Positions 10,175 to 22,529 of a DNA stretch of 64,000 nt are shown here, piece after piece. The notes under the pieces are model-generated. The model saw only the letters and a program-made list of their open reading frames with translations. It was not told where the DNA came from and made no database searches. The stretch lies in IMG/VR virus record IMGVR_UViG_3300037512_001928, positions 43,218-107,217 of that record. The stretch is one strand, 5' to 3'. The position numbers and the translations under genes are program-made. Numbering within the stretch: the first letter of the stretch is position 1; each line of letters begins with the position of its first letter. The DNA comes from a virus. Taxonomy: Duplodnaviria > Caudoviricetes.

Positions 10175-10609
10175 CTTGCCTTTTTGGCTTGCAAGCCTTG
10201 TTTTATAAGGCTTTGAGCGTTTTTATATTTGATCAAAGGAATCGATTTTCCAAAACCTGTCAAGCTTTTTCTGCATTAACGTTAATGTGCCTGTATTTTC
10301 AAGGCTTCCAGAGCTTGTCAAGGCCCATTTCGCAAAAAAAAACCAAAAAAACCTAAAATTTAATATTTGACCGTTGTAAAATAAGGCTTTGCGGGTATTT
10401 ATTAATTTTTTTGTTACAATTATGTTACGAAGTGCCTGGAAGCCTTGTAAAATAAGGCTTTGCGGGCATTTTGGCAAAATCTGCCGAAAAAATCCCTTCC
10501 ATTATATGCGCGTAAAGCGTGTGCTTAAAACGTGTGATATACTTGAGGCGGTCCCCGTTATCAAAAAAACAAGTCCGGCAGGGGACGCCGGCAGGAAGGA
10601 AACAATCCC

Positions 10610-11233
10610 ATGAAAAAGATTCGCAAGATGAGCGGAGCAAATAAGCCCGCCCCCGCTCCCGCCCCCGTTGTGGTAAAGCCCGCCCCCGCTCCCGTTGACA
10701 AAGTTGCGGTACGTACGCTATACAGTCCTGCATTGTCAATCCCTACACAGGGAAGAAAGGAAGAGAAACCCATGGAAAAGACTGGAATCGAATTCATCTC
10801 AAACTATCCGCGGAAAAATGAGAGAGTGCTAATTTGGGATATCCGTGAATCGATCGTCAATAGTGATAAACACAAATTGTTTTCCCTTGTGAAAACATGG
10901 TATGTTATGGCAAAGAAGGATATCCCTTCCGATACAATCGTTGTCGCGATTGCGGGCTTGCTCTTGCGCATGGTGACAACTGGAAAAAATGCATCCGTAA
11001 AGAGTGAGAAGGTTGCTACCATGGACATTTTGGGTACAGGACGCGTAAAGGCGTGGTTATATACCATTGCCGACGGACGTTTTGAGAATATCGCAACGGC
11101 GGAAAATCGTCCGGAAGAAAAGCCCGTCAAGGCGCGCCGTTCCAATGTTTCCCGGAAAAAGGTATCCGAAATGACAAGGGACGAATATCTTGAACACATG
11201 GCGCGCCTGTATGATGAGAAGCATTCCGCCTAA
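10610..11233 (+). CDS. Hypothetical early protein with PAPAP low-complexity N-terminus
   Basis: RBS; extended -10 TGATATACT near 10535; alternative start at 10772. Confidence 0.6.
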   Translation: MKKIRKMSGANKPAPAPAPVVVKPAPAPVDKVAVRTLYSPALSIPTQGRKEEKPMEKTGIEFISNYPRKNERVLIWDIRESIVNSDKHKLFSLVKTWYVMAKKDIPSDTIVVAIAGLLLRMVTTGKNASVKSEKVATMDILGTGRVKAWLYTIADGRFENIATAENRPEEKPVKARRSNVSRKKVSEMTRDEYLEHMARLYDEKHSA

Positions 11234-11299
11234 TCCAAAAAGCGCCCGCATCGGGCGCGATATACAGATGGACGCCGTCTGTATATCATGCCCGATGAA

Positions 11300-11389
11300 C
11301 AAGATTCGATTCATTCGGCTTGTGGGCTTGTTCGCAAGATTCGATTCATTCGGCTTGTGGACGTGTCAAGATTCGATTCATTCGGCTTG
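11300..11389 (+). repeat. Three identical 23-bp hairpin repeats CAAGATTCGATTCATTCGGCTTG
   Basis: Copies at 11300, 11335 and 11367; spacers of 12 and 9 bp. Confidence 0.95.
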
Positions 11390-11399
11390 ACAATCGGTA

Positions 11400-12150
11400 T
11401 CCCTGCCCCGGAAAATTGCATAAGTAGTTTGATGCCCTAAAAACAGACGTTGCGGGCATTTGAGAACGGCGTGATTCGTACGGTTACAATCGCGACTCGT
11501 TTGAAAGCAACAACGTGAAAGCAAGTTATTGTTTCGCCCTGCTTGTTAGTAACGTTGTGACGAAAAGCAATGATTCCGGTTAGTTAGTACGGTTATAAAA
11601 ACCGTAACCGCTCACTTGTGAGAGAGCGCAAACGCAGGAATTGCGCATGAGCAAGTAGTGATTCATCAGTCACGGTAAAGAATTGATTTGACGGCGATTC
11701 CTTTATGGTGGTGTGGGCGCGGGCTAACATGATCCCGCTATGCAATGGGCGTTTGTCGAACGGTCTCATGATACCACATAATAACATGGCGCATGACTCA
11801 AATCTTGTGAGAGTCTCGTGTCGATCCTCCCCGCGTTTGCGTAAACTTGTGCAAGTTGCAAGCGTAGAAGAATCCGCGAACGGCAGTAGAACCTGCGACC
11901 TGAAAAGGTGGAAACGCGGTGCACACCCGAAAACGGGGGCAAAAAGGAACGGTACTGCATGCGATGCTGATATGCGATAGGCGTACGGTGCAGGGCGTTG
12001 TCCGGGGGGCTGAAGTGCGTACTATGTACGTAGATAGGCACACGCTAAAAGGCGAGCGGTGAAATATAAGTGTGCAAATTTGTGGCGCTACCGTTGAGCT
12101 GAAGAAGAAACGTGAACGTGCAAGCAGGATTCCGCGATTGGTTTATCGAA
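11400..12150 (+). ncRNA. Candidate large structured ncRNA (~750 nt)
   Basis: No RBS-supported ORF; nested long-range helices, GAAA tetraloops, AGUA loop-E-like motif. Confidence 0.65.
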
Positions 12151-12208
12151 CTTTCTATAACGGATTTTCTATAACAGAAAATCCAGATTAGGAAGGGAGA
12201 ATTCAGAT

Positions 12209-12454
12209 ATGGCAGAAAAAGCAAAACGGAGATCTGGGGACAGGCATAGTGCCGGATATCAGGCGGAATATCGCAAAGAGAATTACAAGTTTATGGGATT
12301 TTATTTGCGGAAAGATTCCGGTATGATTGAAGGATTACAAATTGTTGCCAAAGCCAGAAAAATCTCTGTGAGCGAATATATCCGTTGCGCTGTTGAAAAT
12401 CAATTGGCACTTGACGGATACATACCCGGAGAACCGTTTATTGCGGAAAATTAA
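12209..12454 (+). CDS. Ribbon-helix-helix DNA-binding protein
   Basis: FMGFYLRKD..IEGLQIVAKARKISVSEYIRCAVE. Confidence 0.6.
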   Translation: MAEKAKRRSGDRHSAGYQAEYRKENYKFMGFYLRKDSGMIEGLQIVAKARKISVSEYIRCAVENQLALDGYIPGEPFIAEN

Positions 12455-15400
12455 TCCGCAATTTTTTTATGGTGTGCTTTGCATACACCCAGTGGAGGAC
12501 GCGGAGCGGAATTTTCCCTCCGCGTTTTTAATTGGGTGCATGCCCAAATAATATATGGCGAAATGCCGGAAAGAGAGAAACAAAATGGAAAACAAGATCA
12601 CTATCACCCTGAACATGGCGGAAGCAAAGAAGGCTACAGTCAAATTCGTGGAACCCGTTGCGAACGAATACGTGCCGGAGAAGCTCGGAACCTTGTATTT
12701 GAACAAGGTCATTCTCGCCGAGAACAGCTACAACGGCAAGCCCATCACAATCGAAATCACGAAGGGCGCGGATCCGGACGGAATCGTATTCATGCCGGAA
12801 AAATGCACGAAGACAACTGTCAAATTCAATGAAAAGGTAGAAAACCAGTTCTGCCCCGCCGTGATCGGAGATCTCTACATCCCGAAGTACACCCTCGCGG
12901 AGCTTGCGTATGCCGGTGAACCCATCAGCCTGAACATCCTATTCGAGGACTAATGCGGAGGTGCAGAAAACAATGCCGGAGTTTTATATTCGCATTCGTG
13001 CGCATGGTGAGGTCGGAATTATTGGTGCGCAAAATGAGCGCGAAATGAATAATCTCATGCGGAATTTTACACATGATCCTGCTATTACAGAAATCACTAC
13101 CTATCGTAGAGCGGAAAATAACCCGGGAAAGTTTCATATCTGTCGGAAATAATCACAGAATCATGCGCGAATAATCCCGTTGCTCTCTGCTGATCCCTTG
13201 TAAATCCGGGGAGCGATGCGGAACGCACTAACTATTACAACTAAATCAATATGGAGGATCACGCAAATGCCTACAGGTCTTATCTTTGCACTGATCGCGA
13301 TCATCACTCCCATTGCGGGCATGATCGTTGACAATATCCGTTTCAACAAACGTATGCGGAAACTGGAGGCGGAACTTTCCGCCCTAACTCACTAATGCGG
13401 AGGAACGAGAATGAGAAAAGATCATGGTGCCACGGTCATTGTGACCAAACCTATCGGGGAAATTGGTTGCAATAATGGTAACGTTCTGACAATGGACGTT
13501 GTCTATAACCACAAGGTTGTCCGGAGTTTTACAAGCTGTGCTTGCGGACACGGCTGTGGCGGAACGGATGACTATGACAACCTCCAGATCGCGTTTAAGA
13601 ACTGGATCTGGGAAGAAGCCTAATAAGGAGGGATTATCATGAAACGTACAATGCGGAGATCTATTCGCAACGCGTTCGTATACGATGCGGACGTTGCGAT
13701 TGTGGAACTGGATGAGAGCTATCAGCCCCGTCATGCCGATGCAAACTGGATCATTGCGGAAATTGAGTCTGCGATTGGTACGCTCTGCGGACTGCTTGCT
13801 ATTACCGCTGAGAACATGGCGGAAATTGCCACGGCGATAGTAAAGAAGCACAAGAAGCCTGTGTGTGTGCCGGAAACCAAGCGCCCCATTGCAAGCATCC
13901 AGAAGATCGGCAAGTACAAACTCACGATTCCAATGTTTAATGCGGAATTTATCCCCGCACGATCCAGAGCGTTGGAACCTATCTGCACATTCGATTACAC
14001 CTTTTCGGGAGGCTACCGCGATGTGGCGTGACGAGTACGAGAGTCAATCCATGGCGGAAAAGGTAGCACTGTGGTGCGCGGTTCCGCTTACCCCTGTGGT
14101 CTTTTTCCTGTTGTGGTATCTAATCGGAGGATAACATGCCTGACAATGAAATGATCGCCGAGATCAAGATGCAGATCGAGAAACTCCGCCAGGAATTAAA
14201 GGCGGAAACCGACGGTGAGCGGAGAAGGGAAATCCTCGCGAACATCGCTGTGTTCCGCGAAGAACTGACCTATACCATTTGCGACCTGTTCGATTAAGAA
14301 GGAGGAAAAGAAAATGTTCAGTTGTGTTACAGAAGGGCAGCGTTTATACCTGTCCGCATGGGATTTTAATTCCTGCAGAGTGCTTGGCTCGTTGGCGGAA
14401 ATCGTCCGCAACAATGGCGGGAAAGTAAAGCCTGCCCCGACCATCATGGCGAATAACCGTACGTACGAACCGGACGCGGAGCCGGTGCCGATCTATGGTC
14501 ATGGTTACATCTCGTTTACGCTGGACGGAGACTACTACTACTTTCAAGTAGATAGTAATCCGTTCTTCGATCCGATGATCCTGAAAGCTCGGATCGATAA
14601 CGGGAAATATCGCGAAGTATATTTGGAAGCATTCAGCAGGGAATGGATCTATGATTGCATGTTCCAGATCGCAAATGATGCGGAGATCCGGGAGATTGCG
14701 GAGATTCTGTTCTCCCTGCTCATTAAACGGAAGTGCTGTGCACCTGTTCCGCCGGAAAAGCACAAGGTAAAGGTTGAGAATCTGTATGATAACGGATGGC
14801 ACTGGGAATATAAGTCGGAAAGTGTGAAGTACAGGAAAGTGGAGGTTTGAACGAGATGACAGGACTGCGGAGGTGGGTAGCGTGAACAAGAATGTTGTGA
14901 AGCGTGATGAACTTCTCTTCGGCGGATATGAGCAGGAAAAATACTGTGGCGGAATTCGGGACTTCGATTGCCTGCCGGAAACGATACAGGAACTTCTGGA
15001 TAAGGACTTTATTGATCCTGAGGGATGCCAGAATTGCTCCCCGTCTGTTAAGGAATTTATGGAGATTGCAAAGACCGAAGGAGTTGAAGCGGAGTTTGGC
15101 GGATACGCAGTCTCACCGCACAGGGAAGACTACCGGGTGACCATCACGGATATCACAGTCGAATTCGATGCAGCAAATACAGCCCTGTTGATTGAAATGA
15201 TTGGACACCTGCGGTATGCAGACGACTTCAGCATGGATTTGTGTGACGGAAAATGGCGGATTTACGCTTGGTGGGATTGAGGTGCAGAAGATGAATTCAT
15301 ACAAGGTTCGGCTCCGCTTTTATGACCGTATGCCAAAAACTGTATACCTGCAAGCGGAAAACAATGCGGAAGCTTTCAGCAAGGCGCACCGCTTCATCAC

Positions 15401-16644
15401 GCCAGAAAGCAATTGTTGCGAGATAATTCCGACAAGGATCAGCAAAAAGTATATGGCGGAAAATCATCTGGAATACACACCCGACAAGATTTTCCTGCCG
15501 GAAAGTACGGAGGGAATCTGATGAGTCAGAGAGTGTATTCTGTCGCTGATATTGAGAAACTGTGTTTCGATCTCTCCCGACATGGTTGGGAAGTCCACCA
15601 TATTGAAGAAGGGGTGCTCGGCTGCGGGCATATTATCCTTGTCGCGCCCGAAGGTTATTATCACGTTGAGATAAAAGAAGTCTATCTCAACTGTTGGAGT
15701 TCGGGTCACATCATTCGGAGACACGCGAAGTTATCGCGGAGAATGCGGAAACTTATCGGGGAGGGAGAATAATGTACGCGAAAACGTACAACGTTAGCTA
15801 CGATATATCAGAGCGTCCTTTTTCGGATGCTGATTTCACAACGCAGGGCTTGCGGGAATATCCGCAAGGTCAGGTGCGTATGGTGCTGACAGCACAGAAC
15901 ATCGCGTTATATATTCACCATCGATTTCCGCACGAAAAGATCAATGATCAAATTTGGAGCAAAATAAATAATTCGGAATTTGGTTTTGTGCAGATTGAAT
16001 TAAAAGCCCATCGCGGAGACAGGGCGATACATCGAGCTGTATCGTTTATGGAGGTGTGATTGATGAAGCCCAGAAAATGGAGGGTAACCTATGACGTGCA
16101 GGAAACAACCCTGTCATACGCGGGACCCAATTATCATGTGTCTCGAGAACAATATGTCGGAGAAATCGAAATGATCCCGACAGTTGGGAATGTCCGGAGG
16201 TATATCGAAGAGCAATTTCCGGATGACTCTGTGGATGAGACGTGGATGACGTTAAAAGAACAAATCTCTGACGGACTGGAGTACGGAATGTTCAGCGTGA
16301 GCCTGAAAGAACATCCCAACGACAATATGGACACGCGCAGTGTCGGATTTTTGGAGGTGTAAGAAAATGGATAGGCTTGTAATTTATAAGGCGATAGGGA
16401 ATCTGAAAGTGACGCCCGAATCAAATTACAATACCCGCATCCAGAATGCACGGAAAATCATGGATGCAAGTAACTTCGATAGTCCTACGGAAATCATTGC
16501 CTATTTCATCCAGTACGGATGGGCACAGAGCGAGAGCGAATTCATCGTGATCGAATAAACGCGAAAAAATTTTATCCTATTACCTTTGATCCGATAATAT
16601 TGCACTAAAGCTATAATCACAAAAAAAGATCGGAGGATAAGATC

Positions 16645-17499
16645 ATGGTCTTTGATGTTACAAAGTTCCTTGTTCCTGAGAGCAAGGCAAAAACAGAGCG
16701 TGGAGCGCTCATAATCCGGAACCACAACGCCAAAGTTATTGAGATCGGTCGGCGTATCGAAGCGGATGATAAGGAATGGCTGTGTAAAGCCGTTACCTTT
16801 ACGGAGCACAGCAAGAAGAGCAAGATGGCATTCAAGCACAGCATCAGCACGAGTGTTCGCCTGAATCCGTATTGTCAGGCTCGGCAGTGCATGAGGTGCC
16901 GTGCGGATGGCAAGGAACCGGTGTGCCCGTATTGCTTCGCAAACGCGATAAGCAATGCCCGCCCTACGGTGGACTATTCCACGACTCGCAATAGCGAGAT
17001 TCTATGGAACGTGGAAATTCCGTCAGATGTATGGCGGAAGGTGCGCGGAAAGGAAGTTATAAGTTGGCATGAACCGGACGCGAGAATTCAGAGCCTCGCG
17101 GACGTTGCCTGTGTTCGTGAGTGCCGTAACTATATCCACCTGACAAATGCATTTCCGGAAATGCGTTGGGTACCGTGGAGCAAAAATGACTGGTTCTGGT
17201 GGAATGCGTTTCAGCAGTTAGGAAAGCCTGAGAACATGAACTATATTCACAGTTCCCTGTTCTTGAATGAGATCGATGAAGGGCCGATCTGGATGCAGCC
17301 GTTCATAGATTACATCTTCACGGTCTTCACGGAGGAGTTTGCTCGACTCCATCCGGAGATCGTAATGAACTGCTGCACCCTGACAAATAAAGGACGGCAG
17401 TGCCGTCGGGATTGCAACGACTGTTATGTCAGGGGTAAGTGTCGTTACCGCAATGAACTTGTCCGGGGATATAAGGGAGGTGAGAAGACCCGGAAGTGA
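16645..17499 (+). CDS. Cys-rich Gp88-like protein
   Basis: NPYCQAR..C..VCPYCFA and C-terminal CRRDCNDCY. Confidence 0.45.
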   Translation: MVFDVTKFLVPESKAKTERGALIIRNHNAKVIEIGRRIEADDKEWLCKAVTFTEHSKKSKMAFKHSISTSVRLNPYCQARQCMRCRADGKEPVCPYCFANAISNARPTVDYSTTRNSEILWNVEIPSDVWRKVRGKEVISWHEPDARIQSLADVACVRECRNYIHLTNAFPEMRWVPWSKNDWFWWNAFQQLGKPENMNYIHSSLFLNEIDEGPIWMQPFIDYIFTVFTEEFARLHPEIVMNCCTLTNKGRQCRRDCNDCYVRGKCRYRNELVRGYKGGEKTRK

Positions 17500-17500
17500 C

Positions 17501-17532
17501 GCAACAGTTATATTAAAAACGTTCTATATATA
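17501..17532 (+). promoter_or_regulatory. Phage-specific promoter
   Basis: GCAAC-N14-CGTTCTATAT. Confidence 0.65.
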
Positions 17533-19126
17533 TACGAGGAGGGAAACAAAATGAAAAAATATAGTATCACAATCACAGAAAGCTCTGCTTGCACCTTTAC
17601 GGTGGAAGCGAACAGCGCGGAAGAGGCGCGGGAACTCTGGTTCAAAAACGGCGACCGTTATGAAGACATCATTAATCGTTGGCTTGAATGCGGATATTGT
17701 GGACGGGAAATTTCGCCTGCTACGGAAGTTGCCGGAGAGACCATGATTGATTTCTCCTATGACGAGATCAAATAAGGAGGATGCACATGGATATCAATCA
17801 GGCTGTCGCGGATCTGGAAGATGAAAACCAGATCCGCTTTCCGGACAGCAAAACCCGGGCAGAGTTTATCGAGGACTGTATCGCGGTGGAAAGGTGGAAA
17901 ACAGAAATGTATGACAGAGATCCTGCCTATCGTCCGGACTGGAGGATGATTATCCTCGATAACGCGAGATGGTATGGATATTCTATGGAGGAAGTATGAG
18001 GCTCATTGACCTGAACGATCAGAGGGTATACACAGTTGCTGACCTGCACCGCGACTGGAAAAAGCTCCGGGTAGCAGAGCCGGAGAATCACGCCGATAAT
18101 TTTCGGACAGAATTGTTGGAAATCATGATGGCAACGGTTAACTTCCGAAATGATCTTGAGATCATTGGTCTGACCCATCGAGAGGTTGATCACATGATCC
18201 TCAGATTGCGGAAATAAGGAGGAAACTCAAATGACAATCAAAAAAACGATCGAAGTTCAGATCGAAGTCGATACAGACGATAACAAATTCCATGTTGCAA
18301 CCATGGAACCCGAGACAAGTATATATACGGAATTTGGGTGGTTCGTTTGTACATCAGATGAGTCTTGCGAAGAGTTTAGACAAACAATTGGTAATGAACT
18401 TGAATCATGGGTGAGCAGTTGGCTCGAAATGTATTCCGAAGAAGATGAAGACTATAACGATCCAGAATCAGAATATAAAAACTTTGTAGCTTCAATGACG
18501 TACGGTGCGGAGATGGAACCGATAACAGTAGATGAAGCTACGTACAATATGGAGCAGTGGAAAACAGATGGAATGTGTATTCCCAAAGGATTAACCGCGG
18601 AAAAGTACGCAGAGATCTGGAATGCGTGGTACAGAAAAGGAGCAGAAAAATGATTGAAGTTTGGTGTAACTTCCACGGCTATTTGGAGCCGGAGAGAGGA
18701 TCAATCCATGGCTTCTGGAAAAGCCTGAAAGCATTCATGGATTATATGTGGGCGTATCGGGTCATAGATGACTTGGAAATACAGGTTGCGGATCCCATCA
18801 AATATGCGACATGGAGCCGCCAATTAATCAATGCGGAGGTGTGTTTATATGAAGAATGAGACAATGCCACTGTGCTTGGAGAGTGTCCGCGATATTATGC
18901 GGATTGCCCATCCGGACAAATATGTCAGATTGGAGTACATGGAAGAAACGGAGGAATCAGTCGCGAAGTGGAACGAATGGTATCGGAAATATCACAACAT
19001 CCGTCCCGGTCAGCAGAATATCTACATCTTTGACGAAGACGGTCTGTTATATAAAGTGGACGTTACATGGGATAGCACACTTACGGCGATCCACGAACTG
19101 ATGGAACTTATTGCGAGGAAATTCTA

Positions 19127-19654
19127 ATGAAGATGTACAAACAATTCCGGAAGGACAAGAGCGGAAACCTCCATCCGCTCTACGTCCTGTCCGATCAGAC
19201 AATCCCAATCGGAGTCTGGTTGAAAGCTGAGTCCGGAAAGCGGACAGAATCCGGCAAGGTTGTCAGCAAACTCGGCGGTCTCGCCTACCGCCCCGGATGG
19301 CATCTATCAGAAATCCCATACGCCCCACACATCGGGATCAAAGAGAATGGGAAAATCCGGTGGATGCATGACTCCACCGTGTGGGCACTATGCGAGGTTG
19401 ATGACACCCTCGATTATACACCCATTGCTCATGAATGCGGGATGAAGAATGGAAAGTTCAATTCGCGTAATGCTTATATGAGGACAATGCCAGAGGGAGG
19501 GTATTACTGGTATAATACCAACCCTTCATCGTTCGGTAATTGGATGATTGCCGACAAGATCCGCGTTGAGAAGGTGCTGACAGACGCGGAGGTCGAAGAA
19601 ATCTGTTGGACGCAGTTTGGAGTCCATAGTATGCCTCATCGGAGAACGGCATAA
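19127..19654 (+). CDS. Conserved phage hypothetical protein
   Basis: LHPLYV..IPIGVWLKAE..LAYRPGWHL; motif recalled from polyvalent proteins, unverified. Confidence 0.5.
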   Translation: MKMYKQFRKDKSGNLHPLYVLSDQTIPIGVWLKAESGKRTESGKVVSKLGGLAYRPGWHLSEIPYAPHIGIKENGKIRWMHDSTVWALCEVDDTLDYTPIAHECGMKNGKFNSRNAYMRTMPEGGYYWYNTNPSSFGNWMIADKIRVEKVLTDAEVEEICWTQFGVHSMPHRRTA

Positions 19655-22115
19655 GTATATAGGAGGAAACAATAATGGAAAATACGTGGAAGATTTTTAA
19701 AAGATCTATTCAGGCACCTGATGTAGTTAAGCACTTCCGTGTCGGACTCACTCGTGAAGAGGCGGAAGCTATTTGTGCCGAACACCATTACATATATCCC
19801 TCGTATGATGAATACTTATATGACTTGGAGATTTGGGAGGATGATGGAAATCATAAAGATCCGACATATAGGATCATTATGATCAACACCTCATGTGTGA
19901 CAGACCGGTATGTGTTAGAAACTGGCTTAGATGCAGACGATGCCGTCAATATGTGCAACACGAAAGGTTGGGTCTACTGGCCCGCCGGAGGATGGCGGTA
20001 TGAGATCCGGATCGAAATGGAGGATGAATAAGATGACGTACAAAATAGTGATGACTGCCGGACGTATACACCGTGATATGTATACCGGATTGACAGAAGA
20101 GGAAGCGACCGAAATATGCGAGGGCTACGGATGGGAGGTAGCTCCTGATGGCGGATTCGTCTGGGATCTTGAGATCGAGGAGGAGGACTAATGGATATCC
20201 GGAAAGAAGCGAGGCAGAGTATTGATTATGCCGTAAAATTGATGTACGGCACGGATAAAGATTCCGGAAACGATGCAGAAACCCGTGAAGCCAAAGCTTT
20301 TTACCAAGATTTAAAGTGGGTACAAGCAAGTACGACCTACGAAGAGTTTCTTGAACGCGGGCAGAAAGTCTATGATAAATGGATGGAAATAATTGCTCAT
20401 GATCCCGAATATTCAGATGGATATTTTCCATCATGGATCAATCCATGGGAAGAATTCAAATGGGCTTTCAAATCGGAAAAGGAGGGTTAATTCAGATGTA
20501 TACCGATATGGACATTACTGTGGGGCACATCATGAGTAACCCCAATTTTGACACAAATTGTGATATCGTAATCTTTGAAGATGATGGCGATATGGAGCCT
20601 GTGTTATATGAAAGCGACGGTCTTGATCACCAGAACAGCAATTATATCCCAGTCGATGTTCTTGCAATGACAATCACATACATCACAATCAGAAATAACA
20701 AGCTTGCGTTGGGGGTAAGATAAGGAGTGTGGAGGGTATCACAATGGCAAATAAGAAGTACCGCGTCAATGGTTCTGAACACTTTAATCTTTACTCCATG
20801 TACGAGAAACTAAAGTGTGAAGAAATTGATATGGAAGACGGAGTTATTCCCTACGATGAGAAACTTTTCGACCGGATCGAAGAAATCGAGAAGCTTATGG
20901 AATCTGCCCCTTATGTTGGAGCTATGGTTGACTGGCAAACACTCAAACGGATCCGTGAAATTAAGGAAGAACGGCAGAGGATCAGGTACGCAACATGTCT
21001 CGCAGCAGGGGACCCTGAACGCGAAGCAGCGCTTGCATTTGAAGTATGAAGGGAGAAAAGCAATGATCTATTTTGTAACCTTTGACATTCAGAAAGATTG
21101 CCAGATCAAAGAAATGGTTTTCCATTGCGATGCGAAGAACGCTAAGGAAGCCAAAGTAATCGCGAAAAAGTATTGGGAAGATCGGCATTACAAAAGTCAC
21201 CAGTTTCACATGTACGCCAAGAAGTCCGGGATACAGAATGTTGACTATCTTAGAGTCCGTACTTGGAAAGGAACGGAAATCAGAAAGTCTGCCGTCATGG
21301 ACCACGCTTACTGCACTAATATTAGTACATGGAGGATCGATGGGATCAACCAGTATGGGACAAAGAAGGGACTCTACTATAAGAGATAATCAGATGGAGC
21401 CGAGCCGGGCGGCTAATCCCGGCAGAAAGGTGGAAAAAGTAATGGAACGTAGAGAAATTTATGTAGGGTTTGGAGATACATTCCCGCCAGAAGATGGCTC
21501 TTGTGGTAAATGGAGTCGTGAAAAGGTCTTTGTTATTCCGCTGATTGACGGAATTTCCGACAACGTGTGGAAGCAGATATACAAGAAAACAAACGAATAC
21601 AAACCAATGTATGAAGAAGATGGATCTGCGGTTTTCTGCGATGATGAAAACTGGCAGATTGTTCGCAAGGTTGGCGGAAAGTGTGTCAAGATTGCCGATA
21701 TAGTTGCGTATATTTGATACAGACAGAAGTGACAAAGGAGGATTTACACGATGGCACAGTTTATTTTTGAAGGGCGAGGCAAGGGTCAGTTCAATGGTCA
21801 TGAACAGATCGCAATTCATAACATCAAACATGCTGTCAATTGGATTCTGGGAGGATATTACAATGAATATCAGGATGGAAACGATGAATACCTCCCAGAA
21901 AGCAAGGCAGCTCTTGTGGATGATATTTATTTCAGCTCAATGATGAATGGATACTCGAATGGGTGCGAGAGATTCGGGAAGGCTCCTAAAGAAATGCGCT
22001 TTGCAGGGGAAAAATTTTGCAGGGCATACATCAATTGGGCAATCGAACGTGATGGAGACTATAAAGAGCTTGCGCAGTATTTGAAGTGGTAACATATCAG
22101 AAGGGAGAACCAACC

Positions 22116-22529
22116 ATGAATCATCAGGAAGCCATTAAGTCACTCCCCTTCCCTGTTGTGTTTATCAACTGCAAGACGGAGCCATTCATCGACATGATCA
22201 TTTCCGGAGAGAAGGTTGCGGAAACCAGAAGCAGAGATACTCTACGCTCGTTGGTTGGAAAGACTGTGTATCTCGCAGAAACCGGACACGGCAAGCCCGT
22301 TGTCAAGTGTTCTGCGCAGATCACCAACTCGATTCCCTGTCGATGTAAGGCAGACTGGAAAATGTTCCGTAAGATGACGGGCATCCGTCCGAACAGTCAG
22401 TATGAATGGAAGCCTGAGACAAAGGTAAAATACCTGTATATGTTGGCAAGCATTACCCCGTGCAAGAGTTTTGTTCCGCCGGAAGGCACAAGGCACGGTC
22501 GGGTATACATGGATTATCAGAACATTTAA
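22116..22529 (+). CDS. ASCH/PUA-like domain protein
   Basis: PFIDMIISGEKVAETRS (GxKxxExR). Confidence 0.7.
   Translation: MNHQEAIKSLPFPVVFINCKTEPFIDMIISGEKVAETRSRDTLRSLVGKTVYLAETGHGKPVVKCSAQITNSIPCRCKADWKMFRKMTGIRPNSQYEWKPETKVKYLYMLASITPCKSFVPPEGTRHGRVYMDYQNI

Larger units (their letters stand above)
8700..10560. other. Origin-like divergent non-coding region
   Basis: AT-rich, DnaA boxes, repeated palindromes, GC-skew switch, divergent transcription. Confidence 0.7.

Noticed and set aside
8708-10477. ORFs called in the origin region
   Set aside because: No RBS, biased composition, and overlap with DnaA boxes and palindromes.
11300-11389. CRISPR array
   Set aside because: Spacers are only 9-12 bp and partly similar to each other; no cas operon. 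The 32940 nuclease sits in a replication context.
11400-12150. Retron, DGR or omega RNA
   Set aside because: No reverse transcriptase, TnpB or IscB gene in the window.
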